Shown here one piece after another: positions 22,235 to 32,442 of a DNA stretch of 64,000 bases (position 1 is the stretch's first letter; the number at the start of each line of letters is the position of its first letter). Below the pieces are notes generated by a model, which saw only the letters and a program-made list of their open reading frames with translations, made no database searches and was not told the DNA's origin. Source of the DNA: Dendronephthya gigantea (Eukaryota); contig NW_021163311.1 of assembly GCF_004324835.1 (NCBI RefSeq), positions 10,208 to 74,207 on the forward strand, written 5' to 3'. Position numbers and translations under genes: made by a program.

Positions 22235-22430
22235 ACAAAACAGACCAACACGCCATATCTGAAAAATTTCACGACAAAAAGTACAGTTTTTCACAGGGAA
22301 AAAATTTACGATTATGGAGCGAATATCTGCGAATATGGAGAAGAAAATTGTGAATATGGATACCTTTCCAGCAGATCTTCCAAGACCACCTGAAATATCC
22401 ATTTTATATCTGAAAAAAAATTTGATTATT
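22235..22430 (-). pseudogene. AGXT: AGXT-derived fragment, copy D (exon 9 retained, exon 10 mostly deleted)
   Basis: ..aacaataacaaa|acagaccaacacgccatatctgaaaaatttcac.. The 3' UTR of gene 5 is joined inside the exon-10-like segment. The exon-9-like part reads MDISGGLGRSAGK. Confidence 0.5.
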
Positions 22431-22464
22431 CAATTTTAACACTCTCCCTCTTTATTGGACCTGT

Positions 22465-22665
22465 ATGAATCACCCCCCTGCAAGTATTAAAAATGAGGCT
22501 GTTGGCAGGGGGGTAGTCCTTCCCACGATTCATCACTCAGCAAGTACCGTTAATTGAAGCAATCACCCCCCCTGCTTATATTGGAAATGGGGCTTTTGGC
22601 AGGGAGGTAATTACTTCCATTTACAGTACTTGCTGAGTGACGGAACCACTTATGCAAAAAACTAT
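22465..22665. repeat. Palindromic foldback module (copy)
   Basis: The inverted arms ..agcaagtaccgttaattgaag.. and ..ttccatttacagtacttgctgagtgacgg flank ggcaggg. Confidence 0.7.
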
Positions 22666-22779
22666 GGAGTTGTTCTTCTGATAGGTATTCTGTGCCTACA
22701 CTTTCTTTTATTTTTATTGTATTTTTATCTTTACTTGAAAGCACGACATGAAATTACCATTTAGATCTAACCGGGGGGT

Positions 22780-23320
22780 GAAGGAAGTACAATCATCAAA
22801 TTGATTACTAATGGTAGTTTATATACAATTAAATTGACTTTTGCAAAATACAATGACATTTTCGTGCAAATAAAACCAAATACGGTAGAAATAACTACAA
22901 AACCATGGTCCATTTTACCAATACAACAACTATTATTACAAATAGTCTTTTGGAATTACGATTAAACCATTCTTATAAAGTTGTAAATGCAAATGCTGTG
23001 TTATTCCTGAGTAAGGAATTTCCTACGATTTTCCTAACACTGAACCTTCATCAGCGAAGCCTGAAGACTTCGAAGGCGTGAAATAAAATATCTTTGCACT
23101 AAAACCTATAAAAAATGAATGAAGTTAATTACTCTAGTGCAATACACGGGTCTACGAGGTTGTTCTCAAGTCATGCAACGATGAACCTTCCATATTTCAT
23201 TTTAATATTTATGGCTTTATTGTTGAAGATAATGAAAGCGAAAGAGAGAAATTGTTTACAAGTGAAATAGTCAGATTGTCTTTTAAATTGCCGTGGAAAA
23301 CTGATTTTGTTTCGAGAAAT
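22780..23320. other. Copy-specific ~530-bp insertion or replacement unique to spacer 5-6
   Basis: Other spacers read ccatttagacctaacccggggggtgacgggagtcaatgaccaaattcattactcatt..gtttcgagaaatgc. Here ~530 unrelated bp intervene. No clear TIR is visible. Confidence 0.4.
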
Positions 23321-23830
23321 ACATTATAGTTTAAAATTTACTTTAGCCGAATTCATATTAGAGGCGGGAAACTCGTCTTACAAGGTCAAGAAAAACAGGA
23401 AACTCGTTTCACAGGGGAAACTCCTCTTGGAAACTCATCTTAGACGGGAAACTCGTCTGATGTGAATCAGGCTACAGACGGGTTTCTCGTCAGAATTTTT
23501 CCGCCTAACTTTCCCGTCTAAACAAACGGTTAATTTGAACGGGAATCCCTTCTGGACGAGAAACTCGTCTTAAATTCGCATTTAGACGAATAAATCAGAC
23601 GAGTTTCTGAAATATCAACACGGTCAAAGACGGAACAAGGGTAAAGCCCGCCGCACAAGAGAGCTATCAGCTGAAAACTATCCGCACACGATAGAAACTT
23701 GCCTCTCGAGGCGAATTCCTCACGAAAAACTATCCGCACACGAGAGTAACTTGCTGAGCTAACAGCCTCGCGAGGTCTTTACCTCAGCTACCAGCTCTCG
23801 TGTGAGGCGCGCTTAACTGAGAAAATAAAC
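23320..23830. repeat. GAAACTCGTCT short-repeat cluster plus 52-bp tandem (2 copies)
   Basis: Same module as 13390-13900. Confidence 0.6.
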
Positions 23831-24087
23831 AAAATTATTATCGTAATAATCACAACACCCTTTTTAGCATTACCCGACCCATCACACGTGTAAATTTCAT
23901 ATCCATTCCAAGTCATATTAAGACGGGTTTTTACAATCAACTTTCCTGTCTAAGATGAATTTCCCGTGCCTAATATGAATTTGGTTATTAATGTGAGAGA
24001 GATGATACCTTCGGCTTCTCCGCTTCCTTGAATATACAATCCATTGTTATATGGTTTGTTGTTGTTTGAATAAGAACGTGATTTTCG

Positions 24088-24515
24088 TCAAATCTTCGCA
24101 GCAAATGGTGTCATGACAGAAATCCCTGGTTTGCAAATTATGTCGACACCATTGTGTGTACGAGAGCCTCTGTATAATGATAAATTCACGTTAATTTAAT
24201 TGTTTTGTAAGATTATAAGAATATTATCGATTCGCTGTGTTGCTACAAGGTTACATCTGGTCTTACCTTGGTGTTCTGAAATCACCACAACCCTGACTGT
24301 CACATTCACGGATTGAATTTCTACCATTTGAGCTGCAAAGCTGACCAAGTTTAAAACATTCAACCGCATTATCTAGAAAAATAAATCCAGAAAAATACGA
24401 TGAAAATAACGAAGTGATACTTGAGAATTCTATGAACAAAGATATATATCACAATATGTATTCCAGTACCTGCAAAGACTAGGAATATAACAATGATCTT
24501 AACAACTCCAAACAT
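24088..24515 (-). CDS. Gene E copy (small secreted Cys-rich protein, 3 exons)
   Basis: Exons 24470-24515, 24267-24372 and 24088-24169. ATG, GT-AG boundaries and frame are conserved with 19139-19568. Confidence 0.5.
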
Positions 24516-24829
24516 CTTTGATTTGCTAAAATTTAATCTTCTAGCTTGAAATGGCTTTTCATCGATATAATGACCGCACTTATACAGGATGTTTAAAAAA
24601 ACGCAACACTTAATATTTATGAATATTTTGATACGCTATACGATCTTTTGTGATCAAAACGAAAGTTAATTTCATAAACACTTTGAAGTTGCGTTTTTCT
24701 TATTCACCACAGCTGTAGATCAATCCACAAGATATCCTAAACCATTTGTGTGTTGATGAAAACTGATTTAGATTGGAATATTATTCCACCGCGAAAATAT
24801 TCAACTTGACTTAGACAGAGTAAAATACT

Positions 24830-25375
24830 AAAGTAGGTCACATCTGTGTGCATTGCAAGCTAATGGGTTAACAAGAGACACTGACAGATAGTTTTGTTAA
24901 CTTATTAACTGACAGTACTCTTCCACTGATGAGTAAAATCATCTGACATTAGACAGAGTAAAATACTAAAGTAGGTCACAACTGGGTGCATTGCAAGCTA
25001 ATGGGTTAACAAGAGACACTGACAGATAGTTTTGTTAACTTATTATCTGACAGTACTCTTCCACTGATGAGTAAAATCATCTGACATTAGACAGAGTAAA
25101 ATACTAAAGTAGGTCACATCTGGGTGCATTGCAAGCTAATGGGTTAACAAGAGACATTGACAGATAGTTTTGTTAACTTATTAACTGACAGTACTCTTCC
25201 ACTGATGAGTAAATTCATCTGACATTAGACAGAGTAAAATACTAAAGTAGGCCACATCTGGGTGCATTGCAAGCTAATGGGTTAACAAGAGACACTGACA
25301 GATAGTTTTGTTAACTTATTAACTGACAGTACTCTTCCACTGATGAGTAAAATCATCTGACACGATTAGGAAAAA
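24830..25375. repeat. 136-bp satellite, 4 tandem monomers, upstream of gene 6
   Basis: Unit is gacagatagttttgttaacttattaactgacagtactcttccactgatgagtaaaatcatctgacattagacagagtaaaatactaaagtaggtcacatctgggtgcattgcaagctaatgggttaacaagagacact. Confidence 0.85.
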
Positions 25376-25608
25376 TCTAGGTTCATAATGCTGGACCATG
25401 CAGTTTGACTCATTCACTTTGCATACATAGCTCAGTGCGTTATACTCCAGTCCCAGTTCTCTCTCTCAGCTTTCGACATTTTTTAATTTATTTGTCGAAA
25501 CACCGCAGCAAATTCCAAGAATTCCTGACAGCAAATGATGCATTTTATACAAACACTTTAGGAAGAAGAGATATTTGTCTTCATAAACTGATCATTTTGG
25601 AGAAGATT

Positions 25609-25745
25609 TCGAGAAAATACAAACACAGACTTCTTCAAGAACGAACACTGTATCTATATTCAGTTTATACAGCGAGGTTTATACTACAGAGCGACAAACA
25701 ACACAGAACTTGCTTTATTATTACGACACAAGAACGACGTGAAAT
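25609..25745 (+). promoter_or_regulatory. Conserved leader of gene 6 (type-A upstream)
   Basis: Type-A upstream ctctctctcagc..gaaacaccgcagcaaattccaagaattcctgac..cttcataaactgatcattttggagaagatttcgag precedes the conserved leader. Confidence 0.5.
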
Positions 25746-27380
25746 ATGGCTTCATATATACAAGGCTACGATGAAGAACGCTTCGAGGCCAAAGTCAGTA
25801 AAAATTTCCTTTGTCAGATTTGCTTCAATGTCTTGAAAGAGCCTGTCCTGTGTCGGAAGAACCAACATTGTTTTTGCCGTTGTTGTATTACGAAACATAT
25901 GGAAAATTCTCAAACATGTCCAACGTGTGCTGATGAACTGACCGTAGAGACTTTGACAGAACCAAATAGAATGGTAAAAGATCTTATAAATGAGTTAAAA
26001 ATTCGTTGCGTTTACATCGACAGAGGTTGTCAAGAAGTTGTAGAATTACAGCATCTTGACCGCCATGAAGATACATGTGGATATACACCAGCCGTTTGTA
26101 CAAACCAAGGCTGTGGTTTAATTGTCAACAAGCGTGATCTTATTCGCCATGAAAGTGAAGTCTGTGAATTCCGAAAGTTGAAGTGTCACTCGTGCCGAAA
26201 AATGACGAAAACTTTCGCAGATATCGAGGAAAGAATGGCGAATATCGAGAAGAATATGGTAACAAATAAAACAGTTGACACTAAAATAAAAAATTTAGAG
26301 AAAAATGTTGCCACTGTTGCGAATAATATCGAGAAAAACACGGCAGATATAAAAGCAAATATGGAAGGAAAACACGAAGCGGTTAACAACGAAGTCAGAG
26401 GATTGAAAACAGCTTTGGTCAGAGCTTTTGATGAAATTAAGGACGTTCTTATCACGATGGAGGGCAAGAAAGAAGAAAACACAAGAAAAGTAATAAATAG
26501 ACCAAGTGGTGATAAGGAAAATATAATTGTTGCTGGAGGTGTAGTAACTAACTCTGTAGAGATGTTTAACTGGCGTCAAAGAACATGGTCGCCATTACAA
26601 TCAATGCCAGATCATCGTTGTGGAGCGACTTCATTTATTTACAACAATCATATGACTATAGCTGGGGGTGACCGTGGTAGGCCTGACATTGTTATGACTA
26701 GAATGAATATTGACCCATACCCTGATCTCTCAACACACTGGAGCGACTGTCCTGCTAAACTACCTGAAAAGTTGAGATACCACAGCAGTGTGCTGTATAA
26801 TGATCAGTTGATAGTCTCTGGATGTGCTAATGCAAATTATTCACGTGACTTGATCAAAGCAGTCCAGCTTGTTCCTCCCTATACTGTGAAGACCTTATCA
26901 AGAATGCCAGAACCAAGACAATGTCACAGCATGGAAATATTTGATGATAATTTGTTGATAGTTGGTGGAAGAGCAACTGGGTTTTACAAAGACAACCTCA
27001 GCAGTGTCGTACTGTACGATATAAAGAAGAATGAGCTGAAACAGTTGTCACCACTGCCGTATGAAGTGAGTCAAATGGTAACTGTGAGATGGGGAGACAA
27101 CATTGTTGTTATTGGTGGCCTTGACAAACATTGCAAGTTATTAGATACAGTTATCATTTACAATGTCAAGACAGAACAAAGTCACATGCTGCCATCAATG
27201 AGATGTAAGAGGCAGGGATGTACTGCAGTTGTTATTAAAAACAACATTGTAGTCCTGGGAGGGTGGGGTGAGGAAGGAAAGCTGAAGTCAGTTGAAGGTT
27301 TCAACTTTGAAAGGTATTCTTGGGAAGAACTTCCAGAAATGTCTGAAGTGAGATGGCTGTCCACTGCTGTTGTTGTGTGA
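25746..27380 (+). CDS. RING-TRAF-Kelch protein, copy 6 (544 aa)
   Basis: Intact ORF with the same domains and distinctive loop variants (DRGRPDIVMT, CANANYSRD, RATGFYKDN). Confidence 0.9.
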   Translation: MASYIQGYDEERFEAKVSKNFLCQICFNVLKEPVLCRKNQHCFCRCCITKHMENSQTCPTCADELTVETLTEPNRMVKDLINELKIRCVYIDRGCQEVVELQHLDRHEDTCGYTPAVCTNQGCGLIVNKRDLIRHESEVCEFRKLKCHSCRKMTKTFADIEERMANIEKNMVTNKTVDTKIKNLEKNVATVANNIEKNTADIKANMEGKHEAVNNEVRGLKTALVRAFDEIKDVLITMEGKKEENTRKVINRPSGDKENIIVAGGVVTNSVEMFNWRQRTWSPLQSMPDHRCGATSFIYNNHMTIAGGDRGRPDIVMTRMNIDPYPDLSTHWSDCPAKLPEKLRYHSSVLYNDQLIVSGCANANYSRDLIKAVQLVPPYTVKTLSRMPEPRQCHSMEIFDDNLLIVGGRATGFYKDNLSSVVLYDIKKNELKQLSPLPYEVSQMVTVRWGDNIVVIGGLDKHCKLLDTVIIYNVKTEQSHMLPSMRCKRQGCTAVVIKNNIVVLGGWGEEGKLKSVEGFNFERYSWEELPEMSEVRWLSTAVVV

Positions 27381-27681
27381 ACAATATGTAAAGTATTAAG
27401 TGAAAACTCCTAACATATTATGAACAATTGAAATGAACTATAAGAATTTCACAAAGTTATAGAAATAGATTGTAGCATTCTAAGTTGATTGTCAGACATA
27501 TACTGATTTGTATTTTTGTGATTGAATTTAAATTAAGTCAGTTCTTAGAACAATAACAAATCTTTGAAATAGATTTTTTCATTGAGGAAGGTTTTAAATG
27601 AAACATGAAATAAAAAATTTGAAATAAGCTTTTCTGCACCCCCTCCACCTAGGTTTTTTCAGCCACAATCCAACCCCTCCC

Positions 27682-27915
27682 CAGGGGTTAGCTTAAACGC
27701 TGGATAAGCTAAAGTTTAAAATTCCTCTCATACATCTTGTGAATGACTAAATCTGCATCTTGTGCATTAAATATGTACTTCCATTGACAATTAAACTATT
27801 TACATTGACTGATTGACATATTTCAGCTCAGTTGTTCAATAAATATATAGTTTCGTTTTCCATTTTGAACTTGTCCACCGTTTAAGCTAAACGCCTTTCG
27901 AACAACCGGCCCCTG
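27682..27915. mobile_element. MITE-like element (~234 bp) with terminal inverted repeats caggggTTAGCTTAAACGsTGGA / TCCACCGTTTAAGCTAAACG..ccggcccctg
   Basis: Left end is caggggttagcttaaacgctggataag. Right end is cttgtccaccgtttaagctaaacgcctttcgaacaaccggcccctg. It sits where other spacers carry the AGXT-derived fragment. A second, solo terminus lies at 61858-61923. Confidence 0.6.
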
Positions 27916-27954
27916 AAAAAGAAATTGATTATTCAATTTTAACACTGTCCCTCT

Positions 27955-28150
27955 TTACTGGACCTCTATAAATCACCCCCCTGCAAGTATTAAAAATGGG
28001 GCTGTTGGCAGGGGAGGGCTTATCCCCAAGATTCATCCCTCAGCAAGTACGGTAAATAGAACGAATCACCCCCCTGCCCATATTAAAAATGGCGCTGTTG
28101 GCAGAGGGGTGATTACCTCCATTTACAGTACTTGCTTAGTGAATGAACCA
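27955..28150. repeat. Palindromic foldback module (copy)
   Basis: cagcaagtacggtaaatagaacgaatcacccccctgcc .. ggcagaggggtgattacctccatttacagtacttgcttagtga. Confidence 0.7.
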
Positions 28151-28295
28151 CTTACGCAAAAAACAATGGAGTTGTTCTTCTGATAGGTATTCTGTGCCTA
28201 CACTTTCTTTTATTTTTATTGTATTTTTATCTTTACTTGAAACCACGACATGAAATTACCATTTAGACCTAACCCGGGAAGTGACGGGAGTCAAT

Positions 28296-28444
28296 AGTGA
28301 GCTTAAGCAAGTGACGTTTTTGACAACACGTACGTTAACCGGAAGTAAAGTTTTTGTTTTTCACCAATCACAATCCTTGACCCAGTCTTTTCACGTCACT
28401 CATGCCGTTTGTGTTGTCAAAAACGTCACATGCTTAAGCTCACT
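28296..28444. mobile_element. 149-bp MITE with 33-bp TIRs and a 3-bp target-site duplication (AAT); Tourist/PIF-Harbinger-like
   Basis: TIRs are agtgagcttaagcaagtgacgtttttgacaacac .. gtgttgtcaaaaacgtcacatgcttaagctcact. Empty sites in the other spacers read gagtcAATgaccaaat. Here the read is gagtcAAT[element]AATgaccaaat. Confidence 0.7.
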
Positions 28445-28464
28445 AATGACCAAATCATTACTCA

Positions 28465-28990
28465 TTCTGTTTCGAGAAATTCATTATAGTTTAAAATTTA
28501 GTTCAGCCGAATTCATATTAGAGGCGGGAAACTCGTCTTACAAGGTCAAGGAAAACAGGAAACTCGTCTTACAAGGGAAACTCCTCTTAGAAACTCATCT
28601 TAGACGGGAAACTCGTCTGATGTGAATCAGGCCACAGACGGGTTTCTCGTCAGAACTTTCCCGCCTAACTTTCCCGTCTCAACAAACAGTTAATTTGAAC
28701 GGGAACCCTTCTGGACGAGAAACTCGTCTTAAATTCACATTTGGCAGGATAAATCAGACGAGTTTCTGAAATATCAACACGGTCAAGGACGGAACAAGGG
28801 TAAAGCCCGCCGCACAAGAGAGCTATCAGCTGAGCTAACGACCTCGCGAGGCAGTTAACTCAGCCTGAAAACTATCCGCACACGATAGAAACTTGCCTCT
28901 CGAGGCGAATTCCTCACGAAAAACTATCCGCACACGAGAGTAACTTGCTGAGCTAACAGCCTCGCGAGGTCTTTACCTCAGCTACCAGCT
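28465..28990. repeat. GAAACTCGTCT short-repeat cluster plus 52-bp tandem (3 copies)
   Basis: Same module as 13390-13900. Confidence 0.6.
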
Positions 28991-29281
28991 CTCGTGTGAG
29001 GCGGGCTTAACTGAGAAAATAAACAAAATTATTATCGTAATAATCACGATACCCTTTTTAGCATTACCCGACCCATAAAACGTGTAAATTTTATATCCTT
29101 TCCAAGTCATATTAAGACGAGTTTTTGCAATCAACTTTCCTGTCTAAGATGAATTTCCCGTGTCTAATATGAATTTGGTTGTTAATGTGAGAGAGATGAT
29201 ACCTTCGGCTTCCCCGATTCCTTGAATATACAATCCATTGTTATATGGTTTGTTGTTGTTTGAATAAGAACGTGATTTTCG

Positions 29282-29710
29282 TCAGATCTTCGCAGCAAAT
29301 GGTGTCATGACAGAACTCCCTGGTTTGCAAATTATGTCGACACCATTGTGTGTACGAGAGCCTCTGTATAATGATAAATTCACGTTAATTTAATTGTTTT
29401 GTAAGATTATAAGAATATTATCGATTCGCTGTGTTGCTACAAGGTTACATCTGGTCTTACCTTGGTGTTCCGAAATCACCACAACCCTGACTGTCACATT
29501 CACGGATTGAATTTCTACCATTTGAGCTGCAAAGCTGACCAAGTTTAAAACATTCAACCGCATTATCTAGAAAAATAAATCCAGAAAAATACGATGAAGA
29601 ATAACGAAGTGATACTTGAGAATTCTATGAACAAAGATATATATCACAATATGTATTCCAGTACCTGCAAAGACTAGGAATATAACAACGATCTTAACAA
29701 CTCCAAACAT
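29282..29710 (-). CDS. Gene E copy (small secreted Cys-rich protein, 3 exons)
   Basis: Exons 29665-29710, 29461-29566 and 29282-29363. ATG is at 29710. Donor is GTACTG and the 98-nt intron ends ctag. Donor GTAAGA is followed by a 97-nt intron ending tacag. The TGA stop is at 29282-29284. Confidence 0.5.
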
Positions 29711-29999
29711 CTTTGATCTGCTAAAATTTAATCTTCTAGCTTGAAATGGCTTTTCATCGATATAATGACCGCACTTATACAGGATGTTTAAAAAAATGCA
29801 ACACTTAATATTCATGAATATTTTGATACGCTATACGATCTTTTGTGATCAAAACGAAAGTGAATTTCATAAACACTTTGAAGTTGCGTTTTTCTTATTC
29901 ACCACAGCTGTAGATCAATCCACAAGATATCCTGAACCATTTGTGTGTTGATGAAATCTCATTTACATTGGAATATTATTGCACCGCGAAAATATTCAA

Positions 30000-30135
30000 C
30001 TTGACTTAGACAGAGTAAAATACTAAAGTAGGTCACATCTGGGTGCATTGCAAGCTAATGGTTAACAAGAGACACTGACAGATAGTTTTGTTAACTTACT
30101 AACTGACAGTACTCTTCCACTGATAAGTAAAATCA
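30000..30135. repeat. 136-bp satellite monomer upstream of gene 7
   Basis: As at 14905-15040. Confidence 0.7.
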
Positions 30136-30229
30136 TCTGATACGATTAGGAAAAGTCTAGTTTCATGATGCTGGACAATGCAGTTTGACCCAATCACTTG
30201 GCATACATAGCTCAGTGCGTTATACTCCA

Positions 30230-30843
30230 GTCCCCGTTCTCTCTCTCAGCTCGCGATATTTTGAAATTTATTTGCGGAAACACCGCAGCAAATTCCAAGA
30301 ATTCCTGACAGCAAATGATGCATTTTATGCAAACACTTTATAAGCAAGAGATATTTGTCTTCATAAATTGATCATTTTGGAGAAGATTTCGAGAAAATAC
30401 AAACACTTCTTGGTAATATAAAATACAAACTATTTCTTGGTATAAAATACAAACTATTTCTTGGTATAAAGTATCATTTTCATCGAACTAATTTCCATAT
30501 AATGAAATAAGAAATTCCTACCAACATAAACACAACCAATTGCAATTCACTATTTCAATAGGAGATGCTGAGCTTTGTCAGGAGACAATAATAATAATAT
30601 AATTTTTTCATACCACAAATTCCTGTGCACAAAACACTCTTTAAACACTTCAGTACGGAAGAGATATTTCTCTGCGCTTCTAAACAGATAATTTTGCCGT
30701 AGCGATTTGAGAAAATACAAACACAGACTTGTCAAAGAACGAACACTGTATCTATATTCAGTCTATACAGCGACGTTTATACTACAGAGCGACAAACAAC
30801 ACAGAACTTGCTTTATTATTACGACACAAGAACGACGTGAAAT
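30230..30843 (+). promoter_or_regulatory. Composite upstream region of gene 7: type-A segment, then tandem aatacaaactatttcttggtataaa x2.5, then the full type-B segment, then the conserved leader
   Basis: The type-A portion ends ..gagaaaatacaaacac. Type B then follows and ends again with ..gagaaaatacaaacacagac. Confidence 0.5.
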
Positions 30844-32442
30844 ATGGCTTCATATATACAAGGCTACGATGAAGAAAGGTTTTTGGACAAAATCAATCAA
30901 AATTTCCTCTGTCAGATTTGCTTCAACGTCTTGAAAGAGCCGGTTATGTGTTCGAGAAACCAGCATTCTTTTTGCCGTTGTTGTATTACGAAACATCTGG
31001 AAAATTCCAAAACATGTCCAACGTGTGCTGATGAACTTACCGTAGAGACTTTGGCCGAACCACAAAGAATGATAAAAGATTATTTGAATGAATCGAAAAT
31101 TCGTTGCGTTTACATCGACAGAGGTTGTCAAGAAGTTGTAGAATTACAGCATCTTGACCGCCATGAAGATACATGTGGATATACACCAGCCGTTTGTACA
31201 AACCAAGGCTGTGGTTTAATTGTCAACAAGCGTGATCTTATTCATCATGAAAGTGAAGTCTGTGAATTCCGAAAGTTGAAGTGTCACTCGTGCGGAGAAA
31301 TAACCAAAACTTTGGCAGATATGGAGGAAAGAATGGCGAAGAATAACACAACAATTGAAACTAAAATAACAAATTTAGAGAAAAATATGGCGAGAAATAC
31401 CATAGTCGCAGATTTAAAAGCAGATATGGAAGGAAAACTCGAAGCGGTTAACAACAAAGTCGATGGATTGAAAACAGCATTGGTCAGAGCTTTTGATGAA
31501 ATGAAGGACGTTCTTATCACGATGGAGAGCAAGAAAGAAGAAAACACAAGAAAAGTAAGAAATAGACCAAGTGGTGATAAAGAAAATATAATTGTTGCTG
31601 GAGGTGTAGGAACTAACTCTGTAGAGATGTTTAACTGGCGTCAAAGAACATGGTCGCCATTACAATCAATGCCAAAGAGTCGTTATGGAGCGACTTCATT
31701 TATTCATAACAATCATATGACTATAGCTGGGGGTTGGTGTGTTGGGCCTGGCATTGTTGATGATATGATTAGAATGAATATTGACCCAAACCCTGATCTC
31801 TCAACACACTGGAGTGACTGTCCTGTTAAACTACCTGATAAGTTGAGCAGTGTGCTGTATAATGATCAGTTGATAGTCTCTGGAGGTAATAATGGAAATG
31901 ATTCATCTGACTTGATCAGAGCAGTCCAGCTTGTTCCTCCCTATACTGTGAAGACCTTATCAAGAATGCCAGAACCAAGACAAGGTCACAGCATGGAAAT
32001 ATTTGATGATAATTTGTTGATAGTTGGTGGAAGAACAACTGGTAATTACAAAGACAACCTCAGCAGTGTCGTATTGTACGATATAAAGAAGAATGAGCTG
32101 AAACAGTTGTCACCACTGCCCTATGAAGTGGGTGATATGGCAACTGTGAGATGGGGAGACAACATTGTTGTTATTGGTGGTGCTGACAAACGCGGCAAGC
32201 CATTAGATACAGTTATCATTTACAATGTCAAGACAGAACAAAGTCACATGCTGCCATCAATGAGATGTAAGAGGAGGGGATGTACTGCAGTTGTTATTGA
32301 AAACAACATTGTAGTCCTGGGAGGGAAGGGTGAGGGAAGAAAGCTGAAGTCAGTTGAAGGTTTCAACTTTGAAAGGTATTCTTGGGAAGAACTTCCAGAA
32401 ATGTCTGAAGCAAGATGGTGGCCCACTGCTGTTGTTGTGTGA
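30844..32442 (+). CDS. RING-TRAF-Kelch protein, copy 7 (532 aa)
   Basis: Intact ORF. It has a 3-aa in-frame deletion (DKL--SSVLYND) and distinct loop variants. Confidence 0.9.
   Translation: MASYIQGYDEERFLDKINQNFLCQICFNVLKEPVMCSRNQHSFCRCCITKHLENSKTCPTCADELTVETLAEPQRMIKDYLNESKIRCVYIDRGCQEVVELQHLDRHEDTCGYTPAVCTNQGCGLIVNKRDLIHHESEVCEFRKLKCHSCGEITKTLADMEERMAKNNTTIETKITNLEKNMARNTIVADLKADMEGKLEAVNNKVDGLKTALVRAFDEMKDVLITMESKKEENTRKVRNRPSGDKENIIVAGGVGTNSVEMFNWRQRTWSPLQSMPKSRYGATSFIHNNHMTIAGGWCVGPGIVDDMIRMNIDPNPDLSTHWSDCPVKLPDKLSSVLYNDQLIVSGGNNGNDSSDLIRAVQLVPPYTVKTLSRMPEPRQGHSMEIFDDNLLIVGGRTTGNYKDNLSSVVLYDIKKNELKQLSPLPYEVGDMATVRWGDNIVVIGGADKRGKPLDTVIIYNVKTEQSHMLPSMRCKRRGCTAVVIENNIVVLGGKGEGRKLKSVEGFNFERYSWEELPEMSEARWWPTAVVV

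Noticed and set aside
24830-25375. Tandem arrays of 136-bp, 77-bp and 80-bp units as possible CRISPR arrays
   Set aside because: This is a eukaryotic context with introns and signal-peptide genes. The units are long, there are no unique spacers, and there are no cas genes. They are satellites and minisatellites.
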